Assembly (NCBI GenBank): GCA_963720545.1
Contig: OY970399.1
Span: 128,001 to 192,000, forward strand
DNA from: an uncultured Acidobacteriota bacterium
Lineage (GTDB): Bacteria; Acidobacteriota; Vicinamibacteria; Fen-336
Reading direction: 5' to 3'
Length of the DNA: 64,000 bases
Part shown: positions 1 through 9,177 of the stretch, in pieces
Layout: each line of letters begins with the position of its first letter
Numbering within the stretch: position 1 is the stretch's first letter
Made by a program: the position numbers and the translations under genes
The notes under the pieces: generated by a model
Databases searched by the model: none
What the model saw: only the letters and a program-made list of their open reading frames with translations
What the model was told of the DNA's origin: nothing

Positions 1-94
1 GCACGCGAAACCCCGCGCCAGTCCTGATCCGGAACCCCGTGATAACGTCTGGTCAGCGCAGGATTCGTGGACAAGCGGCGGCGCTGCTGCGATC

Positions 95-171
95 GCGCCC
101 GTAGCTCAACTGGATAGAGCAGGAGCATCCTAAGCTCAAGGTTGGGGGTTCAAGTCCCTCCGGGCGCACCA
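95..171 (+). tRNA. tRNA-Arg (anticodon CCT)
   Basis: Cloverleaf: GCGCCCG/CGGGCGC acceptor stem, D-arm GCTC..GAGC, anticodon loop ATCCTAA, T-loop TTCAAGT, encoded ACCA end. Confidence 0.95.
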
Positions 172-217
172 CCATCGTTTCGCAAGACCAGGGCGGCAAG
201 GGGCAAGGCAGGGACCA

Positions 218-934
218 GTGGACAAGGAACTGAAGAAGCAGATCAAGGAAGACGAATTCCGCTCGGGCCTCGAGCACGCCTGGGACTATGCACGCAAGAA
301 CCGCGCGACCGTGCAGACGGCCGGCCTGGCGATTTTCGTCGCCGTCGCCGGCCTCTGGGCGTTCTCGTCCTGGCGCGCGAGCCGCGTCGCCCAGTCGGAA
401 GCCGAACTGCAGTCCGCACTCACGATCTTCGAGGCTCCCGTCGGCGCGCCGCCCGCCGGCGAAGCGCCCACGGGCCCGACGTATGCGACCGAGCAGGACA
501 AGATGACCAGGGCGCTCGCCGCTTTCGAGGGCGTCGAGAAGCGCTTCGGTTCGACGCAGGCCGGCCACCGCGCCCGCTACTTCGCCGCTCTCAGCCAGCT
601 GCAGCTCGGCCGGCGTGACGAGGCCGTAAAGACTCTCGAGGAAATCGCGGCCCGGCGCGGCGACGACATGCTGCAGTCGACGCTGGCGCGTCTGGCGCTC
701 GCCTCGAGCTATGTGTCGGCGGGCGAGACCGACAAGGGCATAGACGCCTACCGCAAGCTCGCCGACGAGCCGGCCCTGCCGATCGCCAAGGACTACGTGC
801 TCATGGAACTGGGCGGCGCCCTCGAGCGCGCCGGCCGCCTCGACGAGGCGCGCAGCGTTTTCAAGCGGGTGATGGACGAGTTCCCGTCGGGCAGCCAGGC
901 CGCGCAGGCGGCGCAGCGCCACCAGGCGCTCTAG
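218..934 (+). CDS. Membrane-anchored TPR protein (YfgM/TPR_21-like)
   Basis: GTG start; charged N-terminus, one TM helix, then TPR-like helical repeats (ARLALA..Y..AG, LMELG..LE..GR). Confidence 0.75.
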   Translation: MDKELKKQIKEDEFRSGLEHAWDYARKNRATVQTAGLAIFVAVAGLWAFSSWRASRVAQSEAELQSALTIFEAPVGAPPAGEAPTGPTYATEQDKMTRALAAFEGVEKRFGSTQAGHRARYFAALSQLQLGRRDEAVKTLEEIAARRGDDMLQSTLARLALASSYVSAGETDKGIDAYRKLADEPALPIAKDYVLMELGGALERAGRLDEARSVFKRVMDEFPSGSQAAQAAQRHQAL

Positions 935-2665
935 ATGAAGAAGCGCACGGCGTGGGTGCTGGTCGCGATGGTCGCGGCGGTGGCGATCGGTGCCGCGGCC
1001 GTGGGCGGCGCCGTGCTGCTCTTCTCCGGGCGGTTGTCGCAGGCCTCCTGGCACCGCAGTCCTGGCGCCGCCAGCAGTGGCCGCCAGACGCTCTACCTCG
1101 ACCTCGACGGGCCGCTGCCCGAGCGGAGGCTCACCGACATCGGCAACCTGCTCGAGCGGCGGCCGCCGACGCTGCGCACCATCGTCGACAGCCTGGAGCG
1201 TGCGGCGCGCGATCCCGACGTCGATCGCGCCGTGCTGCGCATCAACTTCCTGCCGGATGCCGGCTGGGCGCGAGTGCAGGAGATCCGCGCGGCGGTGCTC
1301 CGCTTCCGCAAGTCGGGCAAGAAGACGACCGCCTATCTCGAGAGCGGCGGCAACCTCGAGTACTACCTCGCGACCGCGTGCGACGAGATCGACGCGCTGC
1401 CGTCCGCGATCCTGGTGATCAACGGGCTCAGCTCCGAGGTGACGTTCCTGCGCGGCACCCTCGACCTGCTCGGCGTGCAGGCGCAGTTCGAAGGCGTCGG
1501 CCGCTACAAGAACGCACCGAACCAGTTCATCGAAAAAGGTTTCACCGCGCCGCACCGCGAGCAGATGGAGGCGCTCCTCGACAGCGTTTTCGCCCAGTAT
1601 GTCGACGCCATCGCCGCGGCGCGCAAGAAGACTCCGGCTGAAGTGCGCGACATGCTCGACCGCGGGCCGTACGACGGCAACAGCGCCAGGGCTGCGGGGC
1701 TCGTGGACAACATCAATTACGACGACCAGCTCGACGGCAGCAACGAGCGCCTCAGCCCCGGACGCTACGTGAAGCGCGCCAGCTCGTCCTTCTTCGATTC
1801 GCGGCCCAAGGTGGCGCTCATCTACGCCATCGGCGAGATCGTGAGCGGCGAGAGCCAGTCGGGCGCCTTCGGCGCGGAGGTCGCGGGCTCGAAGACGATC
1901 GTCGCGGCGTTGCGCGAGGCCCGCTTCGACTCGTCGTACCGCGCGGTGCTGGTGCGCATCGACAGCCCCGGCGGTTCGGGCGCCGCCTCCGACATGATGT
2001 GGCGCGAAATGAAGCTCGCGAGCCAGGCGAAGCCGGTGATCGTTTCGATGGGCGACGTCGCGGCTTCCGGCGGCTACTACCTCGCGATGGGCGGCACCGG
2101 CATCGTGGCCCAGCCCGGCACCATCACCGGCTCGATAGGCGTCTTCAGCGGCAAGTTCTCGCTGCGCGGCCTCTACGACAAGATCGGGGTCTCGAAGGAG
2201 ATCATCGACCGCGGCCGCTTCGCCAGCATCTTCACCGAGTACCGGCCGTGGAGCGAGGCCGAGCGCCAGCAAGTGCGCGACATGAACGTCGCCTTTTACA
2301 AGGACTTCGTGACCCGGGTTGCAGAGGCGCGCGGCAAGACCTGGGAACAGGTCGACGCCGTCGCCGAAGGCCGGATCTGGTCGGGCACCGAGGCGCGCGA
2401 ACATGGCCTCGTGGACCGGCTGGGCGGCATCGACACGGCGCTCGACTGGGCGAAGGAGAAGGCCGGCATCGCCGCCGGCACTGCGGTGCAGCTGGTGGTG
2501 CTGCCGGCGGAGCGCGGCGTGTTCGAGACGATCTGGGCGAACCAGGAAGAGACCACGGTGGATGCCGCGGTGCCTGCCAGCCTGCGCGCCAACCTGCGCT
2601 GGCTCGCGGCGATGAGCGACGCGCGGCAGCTGGCGCGCATGCCGTTCGACCTGCGCTTGCGCTAG
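935..2665 (+). CDS. sppA: Signal peptide peptidase SppA (protease IV, 67 kDa type, S49)
   Basis: Tandem S49 domains: YYLATACD, GRYKNAP (catalytic Lys), RIDSPGGS, VAASGGY (catalytic Ser), TGSIGV, GLVDRLGG. Confidence 0.93.
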   Translation: MKKRTAWVLVAMVAAVAIGAAAVGGAVLLFSGRLSQASWHRSPGAASSGRQTLYLDLDGPLPERRLTDIGNLLERRPPTLRTIVDSLERAARDPDVDRAVLRINFLPDAGWARVQEIRAAVLRFRKSGKKTTAYLESGGNLEYYLATACDEIDALPSAILVINGLSSEVTFLRGTLDLLGVQAQFEGVGRYKNAPNQFIEKGFTAPHREQMEALLDSVFAQYVDAIAAARKKTPAEVRDMLDRGPYDGNSARAAGLVDNINYDDQLDGSNERLSPGRYVKRASSSFFDSRPKVALIYAIGEIVSGESQSGAFGAEVAGSKTIVAALREARFDSSYRAVLVRIDSPGGSGAASDMMWREMKLASQAKPVIVSMGDVAASGGYYLAMGGTGIVAQPGTITGSIGVFSGKFSLRGLYDKIGVSKEIIDRGRFASIFTEYRPWSEAERQQVRDMNVAFYKDFVTRVAEARGKTWEQVDAVAEGRIWSGTEAREHGLVDRLGGIDTALDWAKEKAGIAAGTAVQLVVLPAERGVFETIWANQEETTVDAAVPASLRANLRWLAAMSDARQLARMPFDLRLR

Positions 2666-4320
2666 TTCGTGCCGGTTTCCTGGCGCGCCCGCGCCAGCCA
2701 CGCCGAACGCACCGTGCCGAAGTCGCGGCCGTAGACGCGGGTGAAGGCGTCGTCCACGTTGCCGCTCGCGGCCATCGCCGCCAGCACCTCGTTGATGCCG
2801 CCCTGGCCGCGCTGCCCATAAAGATACTCGGCGAGCGACAGCGCCTGCAGGTAGAAGGCGCCGACCGTCTCGATGCGCGCGGTGGCGGCCGCGCGGCGTG
2901 CCGAGCCGCCGTAAGCGGTGGAGCGCTTGCCCTCGAGATACTGCGCGACCCCTTCATGAAGCTCGCGGGGCGCCAGGCCGCGGCTGCGGTCGGCGATGAA
3001 GGCGTGCGCCAGCTCGTGCAGCAGCGTCGCGTCCAGGTCCGGATCGAGGCGCTCGGTGAGGCCCGCGATCGGCACGCGGATGCGGCCGTCGAAGCCGTCG
3101 AAGTTGCCGCCCGACCACGCCGGTGCGCCGGCAGCGGTGTAGTAGGCGCGGCTCGAGAACAGGATCACCGGGATGGTCGCGGCCGGCGCCTCGCCGAAGG
3201 TGCGCGTCAGCGTGGCATGGTGGCGCTCGAGGAGGCGCAGCACCTCGCGGCCGACCGCGTCGTGCGCCGCGCCGTCGTAGCGCACATGGAAGTGGGAAAG
3301 GCGCTGCTCGGTCATGCCGCGCTCGTCCTGGCTTTCCTTGTTCAGCCGCGCCAGCAGCGCCCGCATGGCGGCGTTCTCGGCCAGGTCCTGCGCCGTCGTC
3401 GCCGCGTCGCGCGCTTCGCCGTTGCGGTCCTGGCGGAACAGGGCATATGCGAGCAGGCGCCAGCCGTCGGCCGAGGCGCGGTCGCGCTGCACCACGTCGT
3501 TTGCGACCCGCTCGGCGTCCTGCCAACGGCCGGTTTGCAGGTACAAGGCCGCGAGCGCCAGCTGTGGCGCCGTCGTTTGCACGCTCGATTGCGCCTCGAG
3601 CTGCACGGCCTCCTGCAGCCGCGCCTCCGCTTCGTCGAATCGCCGCGCCGCCTGGGCGCTGCGGCCGGCGGCGAGGAGAGCGGCCAGCTGTTCGGATGCG
3701 GGCGGTGCTGTGGGCGCGAGTGTCGGCAGCGGCGGTGGCGGGAGCTGGCTGTCGTCCGCGGCGGGCACGTCTGTGGCTACCGGCGCCGCGGAGTCGCTGC
3801 TGTCAGCCGACGGCGGCGCATTGGCCTCCGTTCCGGCACCGGTGTCGGCTAACGTGGCGGCAGCCGGCGCGGGCGCCTTCTTGAGCGCCGGAACCAGGAC
3901 GGATGCGCTCCAATACCCGGCCAGCACGGCGATCAGGCCGATGACCCACGGCCGCGGGTCGAACGAAAGCGGCGCCACCCGCCGCATGACCTCGCGCAGC
4001 GAGGCGGTGATCGGTGGTTTTACCCTGCGGGCCGAAACCGAGACGACAGGCAGCGGCGGGTCGGAGAGGGACCGAGCCGCGGGCGCAGGCGGCTGCGGCC
4101 CGGGCGCGGCCTGCTGAGCGAGAGGCCTGGGCGCAGCCTTCGTCGCCGGGACCGGGCGTTCGGGCCGCTCGGGATGAGGCTGGCGCGCCGGGCGTGCCGG
4201 CCGGTTGCCGCCGCGCCGCGGACGACGCTGCCCGGGGCTGTGGAGCCTGGCGAAGATCACGCCGCACTTCGGACAAGACGGGGCGCCGTTGTGGAAAGCG
4301 CCGCATTTCGGGCACGTCAT
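2662..4320 (-). CDS. Zn-ribbon / Pro-rich / TM / TPR / peptidase MA-family metallopeptidase
   Basis: N-terminal CPKC..CPKC, TM helix, TPR repeats, LLHELAHA (HExxH) plus downstream LHEGVAQY gluzincin Glu. Confidence 0.75.
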   Translation of the reverse strand: MTCPKCGAFHNGAPSCPKCGVIFARLHSPGQRRPRRGGNRPARPARQPHPERPERPVPATKAAPRPLAQQAAPGPQPPAPAARSLSDPPLPVVSVSARRVKPPITASLREVMRRVAPLSFDPRPWVIGLIAVLAGYWSASVLVPALKKAPAPAAATLADTGAGTEANAPPSADSSDSAAPVATDVPAADDSQLPPPPLPTLAPTAPPASEQLAALLAAGRSAQAARRFDEAEARLQEAVQLEAQSSVQTTAPQLALAALYLQTGRWQDAERVANDVVQRDRASADGWRLLAYALFRQDRNGEARDAATTAQDLAENAAMRALLARLNKESQDERGMTEQRLSHFHVRYDGAAHDAVGREVLRLLERHHATLTRTFGEAPAATIPVILFSSRAYYTAAGAPAWSGGNFDGFDGRIRVPIAGLTERLDPDLDATLLHELAHAFIADRSRGLAPRELHEGVAQYLEGKRSTAYGGSARRAAATARIETVGAFYLQALSLAEYLYGQRGQGGINEVLAAMAASGNVDDAFTRVYGRDFGTVRSAWLARARQETGTN

Positions 4321-4357
4321 TGAGGGTCGATCCTAACCCTCTTCTAGAATGCCCCGC

Positions 4358-5095
4358 GTGACGGCGGACGCACCTCCCGGACAGCCCGGGCCCGAAGCGA
4401 CGGCGCCGCTGGTGATCCAACTGGTGGGGGCGGGGCCGAAGGCACTCTTCTATTGCCTCGACCGCCGCGTGTCGTCACGCACAAAACCCGCCCCTGCCGG
4501 CCCGCCGGGCGTTCACTGGTCGGGCCCGCAGCAGCTTGCGGCCTGGACCGCGGCACGCGTGCGGGGGGACCTGGTGGGGGAACTGGCACTGGGCGGCATC
4601 GAAGCCATGGCGGCGCAGGCGTCGTCGCTGGGCGGCGTCGTGGTCGTCGATGAGACCGGCGCCCACCCGGTGCGCGTCGACCCGGGCTGGGTCGAGGAGC
4701 GGGTCAGCGTGTACGACCTGACGCCCCTGGGGCTGGTGTCGGACAACGCCTCGGAGATCGATCCCCACGGCGTCGGCGACGGCGGCGAAGTGGCTGCGGC
4801 GCAGCGCGCGATGGAGAGCCGCGACCACGCCGCAGTGGGCCGCGCAATCGATGCCGACCGCACGCGCTCGCTCGCGGGGAACACCGGCGACTTCGGCGCC
4901 GTCGCGGCCGCGGCCGCGGCGGCCGGTGCCGCCTGGACGCTGCGCTCATCGGCAACCGGCGCAAGCCTCGTCGCCTGGACCGCGCCCGGTCTCGGCAAGA
5001 CGGATCCCGCCACGCTGCTCGCCGGCAGCCTGAAGGCACTCGGCGCGCGCTGGGTGCCGGCGCGGCTCGACCTGCTGGGATTGGAGGTCGAGTAA
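4358..5095 (+). CDS. Hypothetical protein, degenerate GHMP-kinase-like
   Basis: Resembles the sugar-phosphate GHMP kinase C-terminal layout but lacks GLGSS and GAGGGG motifs; GTG at 4358 chosen because TAGAAT lies 7 nt upstream (ATG at 4349 is the alternative). Confidence 0.5.
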   Translation: MTADAPPGQPGPEATAPLVIQLVGAGPKALFYCLDRRVSSRTKPAPAGPPGVHWSGPQQLAAWTAARVRGDLVGELALGGIEAMAAQASSLGGVVVVDETGAHPVRVDPGWVEERVSVYDLTPLGLVSDNASEIDPHGVGDGGEVAAAQRAMESRDHAAVGRAIDADRTRSLAGNTGDFGAVAAAAAAAGAAWTLRSSATGASLVAWTAPGLGKTDPATLLAGSLKALGARWVPARLDLLGLEVE

Positions 5096-5107
5096 AATCG
5101 CAACTGC

Positions 5108-5668
5108 ATGATTCAAGCGACCCAGATGAAGCGCGGCATGTGCATCAAGCACGAGAACGACCTGTTCCGCGTGGTGGCCACACAGCACATCACCCCTGGC
5201 AACTGGCGCGGCATGGTGCAGGCCAAGATCCGCAACCTGCGCACCGGCTCCATCATCGAGCATCGCTTTCGCTCGGAAGACCGCATCGAGCGCGCCATCC
5301 TCGACGAGATCGAGATGGAGTACCTCTACCCCGAGGGCGACCTTTACTACTTCATGAACAACGACACGTTCGAGCAGATCGGGCTGTCGGCCGAGGTGCT
5401 GGGCGACGCGGTCAACTACCTGATCCCCAACATCAAGCTGCTGATCGAGTTCCACGACGACAAGCCGGTGGGGATCGAGATGCCGATGAGCGTGCTCATG
5501 AAGGTGATCGAAACCGAGCCCGCGATCAAGGGCGCATCGGTCTCGAACGTCGGCAAGCCGGCGAAGATGGAATCGGGCCTGGTGGTGAGCGTGCCGCCGT
5601 TCATCGCGGAAGGCGACACCATCAAGATCGAGACGGCCACCGGCACCTACCTGGAACGCGCGAAGTAG
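5108..5668 (+). CDS. efp: Elongation factor P
   Basis: KOW plus two OB domains: [53 protein letters not shown]. Confidence 0.96.
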   Translation: MIQATQMKRGMCIKHENDLFRVVATQHITPGNWRGMVQAKIRNLRTGSIIEHRFRSEDRIERAILDEIEMEYLYPEGDLYYFMNNDTFEQIGLSAEVLGDAVNYLIPNIKLLIEFHDDKPVGIEMPMSVLMKVIETEPAIKGASVSNVGKPAKMESGLVVSVPPFIAEGDTIKIETATGTYLERAK

Positions 5669-5693
5669 CAAGGCGGCAAGGACCGCAAGCGCC

Positions 5694-6254
5694 ATGAAAC
5701 CCCTGCATCGATCCGGCTGGATCGAAGTGATCGCCGGCAGCATGTTCAGCGGCAAGAGCGAGGAGCTCATCCGCCGCGTGCGCCGCGCGCAGATCGCGCG
5801 CCAGAAAGTGCAGATCTTCAAGCCGCGCGTCGACAACCGCTACTCGGAAGACCACATCGTGAGCCACAGCGAGGCCAAGATGGCGTCGCAGACGGTGGCC
5901 TCGCCGCAGGAGCTGCTGGCGGCGATCGCGCCCGACACGGAGGTGGTGGGCATCGACGAGGGCCAGTTTTTCGACGCGGGCCTGGTCGAGGTGGTGAACA
6001 CGCTCGCCGACCGCGGCGTGCGCGTGATCGTCGCCGGGCTCGACCAGGACTTCCTCGGCCGCCCGTTCGAGCCGATGCCGCAGATCATGGCCGTCGCCGA
6101 ATACGTGGAGAAGGCGCTCGCCATCTGCATGCAGTGCGGCGGGCCCGCCGGCCGCTCGCAGCGCCTCGGCTCCGACACCGCGCGGGTGGTGGTCGGCGGC
6201 TCGCAGGAGTACGAAGCGCGCTGCCGCCACTGCTACGAACCACCGAACGCCTGA
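5694..6254 (+). CDS. tdk: Thymidine kinase
   Basis: [11 protein letters not shown]-loop, IDEGQFF, AGLDQDF, Zn lasso [12 protein letters not shown]. Confidence 0.96.
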   Translation: MKPLHRSGWIEVIAGSMFSGKSEELIRRVRRAQIARQKVQIFKPRVDNRYSEDHIVSHSEAKMASQTVASPQELLAAIAPDTEVVGIDEGQFFDAGLVEVVNTLADRGVRVIVAGLDQDFLGRPFEPMPQIMAVAEYVEKALAICMQCGGPAGRSQRLGSDTARVVVGGSQEYEARCRHCYEPPNA

Positions 6255-7324
6255 TGGCGGATCTCGTCAGCCTCGATGGCGGCAGCGGCGAAGGCGGCGG
6301 CCAGATCCTGCGCACCGCGCTCGCCCTCTCGATCGCGCGCGGCATCCCATTCGAGATGACGAACATCCGTGCGCGCCGTCCGCGCCCCGGGCTGCAGCCG
6401 CACCACCTCGCGGCGGTGCACGCCGCGACGCTGGCATCGGGCGCACGGGTCCACGGCGCCTCCGATGGTTCGAAGGAGCTGCGCTTCGAACCGGCTGAGC
6501 TCGTGGCCGGCGAGTTCGACATCGACATCGCCACTGCCGGCTCGTGCTCGCTGGTGCTGCAGACTGTGGCGGTGCCGCTGGCGCTCGCGGGTTCGAGCTC
6601 GCGCGTCCGGGTCACCGGCGGCACCCACGTTGCGAACAGCCCGTCGTTCCACTTCCTGGCTCACCACTGGGCGCCCGCGGTCGCGCGCATCGGCTTCCAC
6701 CTCGAGTTCAGGATGGGCCTGGCCGGCTTCTATCCGCGCGGGGGTGGTGTCGTCGCTGCAGTGATCAGTCCCGCGGAAGAGGTCCACGCGCTGAAGCTCG
6801 AAGAGCGCGGTCAGCTTGTCGGCATCTCGGGTTACGCCGGCGCCGACCACATCAAGGACGACATCGCGGGCCGGCTGCGCGCCGCCGCAACGAGTCGCAT
6901 ATGGGAAGCGCGCCGCCTCGAGGTCGAATGGCTCGAGGACGACAAAGCCTTTGCCTCGGCCTCGCCCGGCTCGCACCTCATGCTGCGCGCCGGGTTCGCG
7001 AACGGCGCGGCTGCTTTCGCCGCGGTGGGCGAGAAGGGCAGGAGCGCCGAGATCCTCGGCGACCGGGTCGCCCGCGACCTCCTCGGTTTCCTCGGCGTCG
7101 AGCAGGCGGTTGACCCCTGGCTCGCCGACCAGCTCGCGGTGCCGATGGCCCTCAGCGGCAAGGGTGGCCGGGTAGCCACCCCGGAAGTGACTCCGCACCT
7201 CACAACTGTGGCGGATGTGCTGTCGAAGTTCGGCTACCAGGCCGCCACGTTCGGCCGGCGGGGCGGTCCGGGCGGCCTCGAAGTGGGGTCGTTCCTTGAC
7301 ACTCCCGCGGACACCCCGGGATAA
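6254..7324 (+). CDS. rtcA: RNA 3'-terminal phosphate cyclase
   Basis: LDGGSGEGGGQILRTAL, IRARRPRPGL, GGTH, GFYPRGGG, LADQL..TPHL (catalytic His); ATG overlaps the tdk stop (TGATG). Confidence 0.93.
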   Translation: MADLVSLDGGSGEGGGQILRTALALSIARGIPFEMTNIRARRPRPGLQPHHLAAVHAATLASGARVHGASDGSKELRFEPAELVAGEFDIDIATAGSCSLVLQTVAVPLALAGSSSRVRVTGGTHVANSPSFHFLAHHWAPAVARIGFHLEFRMGLAGFYPRGGGVVAAVISPAEEVHALKLEERGQLVGISGYAGADHIKDDIAGRLRAAATSRIWEARRLEVEWLEDDKAFASASPGSHLMLRAGFANGAAAFAAVGEKGRSAEILGDRVARDLLGFLGVEQAVDPWLADQLAVPMALSGKGGRVATPEVTPHLTTVADVLSKFGYQAATFGRRGGPGGLEVGSFLDTPADTPG

Positions 7325-7325
7325 T
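7296..7325 (+). promoter_or_regulatory. Sigma70-type promoter for the DUF4870-like gene
   Basis: TTGACA (7296-7301), 18 nt spacer, GATAAT (7320-7325); AGGAGG SD at 7378-7383 before ATG 7391. Confidence 0.6.
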
Positions 7326-7390
7326 CCGCCAGCCCTGCCACTCTTAGGTTTCCAACGGGACGTGTGCGCGGGTCATAGGAGGACTAACGA

Positions 7391-7783
7391 ATGGCTTCGC
7401 AGATTCCTGGTCAGGGCGGCACCAACCTGGGCGTCGCTCCCAACGTGGGCGGCCTGCTGTGCTACGCGCCTTGCTGCATCGGCCTGATCTTCTCGATCGT
7501 GGCCGTGATCGTCGAGAAGCAAAGCCGCTTCGTGCGCTTCCACGCCTTCCAGGCGCTGCTGCTCTACGCCGCGTTCGTGGTTGTCGGGCTCGGCCTCGGC
7601 ATCGTGATGACCGCGCTCGAGTTCGCCATCGGTGGCCTGGGCATGGGCCTGATGATCCTCGGAGTCCGCGTCATCATCGGCTTCGGCGGCCTGGCGCTCT
7701 GCATCTACATGATGATCCAGGCGTACGGCGGCAAGGAAACCTCGCTGCCGGTGATCGGCGACATGGCCCGGAAGTGGGCCTAG
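7391..7783 (+). CDS. DUF4870/Tic20-like small membrane protein
   Basis: Three TM helices, EKQSRFVRFHAFQA and LPVIGDMA motifs. Confidence 0.75.
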   Translation: MASQIPGQGGTNLGVAPNVGGLLCYAPCCIGLIFSIVAVIVEKQSRFVRFHAFQALLLYAAFVVVGLGLGIVMTALEFAIGGLGMGLMILGVRVIIGFGGLALCIYMMIQAYGGKETSLPVIGDMARKWA

Positions 7784-7799
7784 GCCTGTTAGGCCGAAG

Positions 7800-9167
7800 C
7801 TAGCGAACCACCTGCTCGGCCAGCACCGTGCCGAGGCCTTCGATGCGCAGCAGGCGCTGCGCGTCGCCCTGGCCGCTCGGTGAAGCCGAGAGCGACATCG
7901 TTTCCATCAGCTCGGGGTCTTTGACGACCTCGGGCTTCAGGTCGCCGGACCACAGGATGACCGAGGCCGACGGCACGACCACCGGCAGGGCGGGCGTGAC
8001 GGCCATGGCGAAGGGCCGGCTGCCGAGTGAGAGCGCCACGGCGCCGCTGCCCTCGAGGACCACGAACGCGACCTTTGGAGACTCCTCGGCGATCACCACA
8101 TAGCGCGGGTTCAGGGCGCCGTCGCAGGCGAGCAGGTGTTCGGGCTCCACCCACAGCGTCTGGTTCGCGACGCGCAGGAAGGCAAGTTCGCGGCCGCGGT
8201 CGGCGAGCATCAGGCGGCCCTCGCCGGTGACGATCACCATCGTGTTCACGCTCTGCGCGCGGCTCTCCTTCACCCAGAAGGTGGTGTTGCCGGTGTAGGA
8301 AAACAAGCTGCCCTGCTTGATGTAGACCTTGCCCTCGACCGCGATCTCCATGAGGTGGCGCTCGAGAAAGCGAAAGCCGCCGTCGAGCGAGGCGTCGGGG
8401 TCGATCAGCGGCCGCGGACCCGGCGTGTAGGAGACGATGTCGGGCAGCGTCACCGGCACCTCGCGCGGGCGGTGCAGCGGCGCGTCGCCGAGCGCTGCCG
8501 GCGCCGGCGTCGGCAGGAACGGGCCGTGGGCGAGCACCGCGCCCGTGACCGGGCCGACGTCGTGATCGGGCAGGCTGGCCTCGAAACTCGCGATCTCGCG
8601 CGCTTCGGCGGCCTCGGGGTCCTCCGCGAGCGCCGGCAGCGGCAGCACCATCTCGAGCGTGTCGGTCGCCGGCGGCTCGAGCGGCATGGTCCCGGCCGAG
8701 GCGTGCGCCGCCAGCTTGCCCTCCATGCGCCGCACCATCATGCGTGCACCGGCGCGGCGGTACTGGTAGATCGCGTCCTGGAAGCGCAGCTGCTGCTCGC
8801 AGATCGAGCCGAGGTAGAAGTGCAGCTTGGCGTTCTCGGGGCCGAGGCTCGCGGCGCGCAGGAAGCCCGACTCGGCCTCCTCGAGTCGCCCGGTCTTGTA
8901 GTGAATGAGGGCCAGGTTGAAGTGCAGGGTGGCGGCCGCCGGATGCTCGGCGACCAGCTTCATGTACACCTCTTCGGCGCGCTCGAACTTGCCCTGCTTG
9001 AAGAACACCAGGCCCAGCAGGTTGAGCGCCTGCTGGTCGCGCGGCCGCAGCAGGTACGCCTCCTCCAGCTCGCGTTCGGCATCGCCGAAAGCGCCGCGCT
9101 CGAACGCTTCGCGCCCCTTGTTCAGGTGGGCAAGGAACAGTCCCTGGTCGAACAGCCCTGGAGCCAA
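7800..9167 (-). CDS. TPR + AIM24 domain protein
   Basis: N-terminal TPRs (LNLLGLVFFKQG, HFNLALIHYKTG, HFYLGSI), Pro/acidic linker, AIM24-like beta domain (QGSLFSYTG, TGEGRLMLA, EHLLACDG, LEGSGAVAL). Confidence 0.7.
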   Translation of the reverse strand: MAPGLFDQGLFLAHLNKGREAFERGAFGDAERELEEAYLLRPRDQQALNLLGLVFFKQGKFERAEEVYMKLVAEHPAAATLHFNLALIHYKTGRLEEAESGFLRAASLGPENAKLHFYLGSICEQQLRFQDAIYQYRRAGARMMVRRMEGKLAAHASAGTMPLEPPATDTLEMVLPLPALAEDPEAAEAREIASFEASLPDHDVGPVTGAVLAHGPFLPTPAPAALGDAPLHRPREVPVTLPDIVSYTPGPRPLIDPDASLDGGFRFLERHLMEIAVEGKVYIKQGSLFSYTGNTTFWVKESRAQSVNTMVIVTGEGRLMLADRGRELAFLRVANQTLWVEPEHLLACDGALNPRYVVIAEESPKVAFVVLEGSGAVALSLGSRPFAMAVTPALPVVVPSASVILWSGDLKPEVVKDPELMETMSLSASPSGQGDAQRLLRIEGLGTVLAEQVVR

Positions 9168-9177
9168 GATCCTCTCT

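Noticed and set aside
53..2701. 882-aa minus-strand ORF, and similar long antisense ORFs at 9842-12718, 16983-19979, 44631-46577 and 47684-51016
   Set aside because: Shadow ORFs opposite well-supported genes; expected at high GC with biased codon usage; no recognisable motifs
7783..7799. GGCCT-GTT-AGGCC inverted repeat between convergent genes as a terminator
   Set aside because: Only a 5-bp stem with no U-tract; too weak to call
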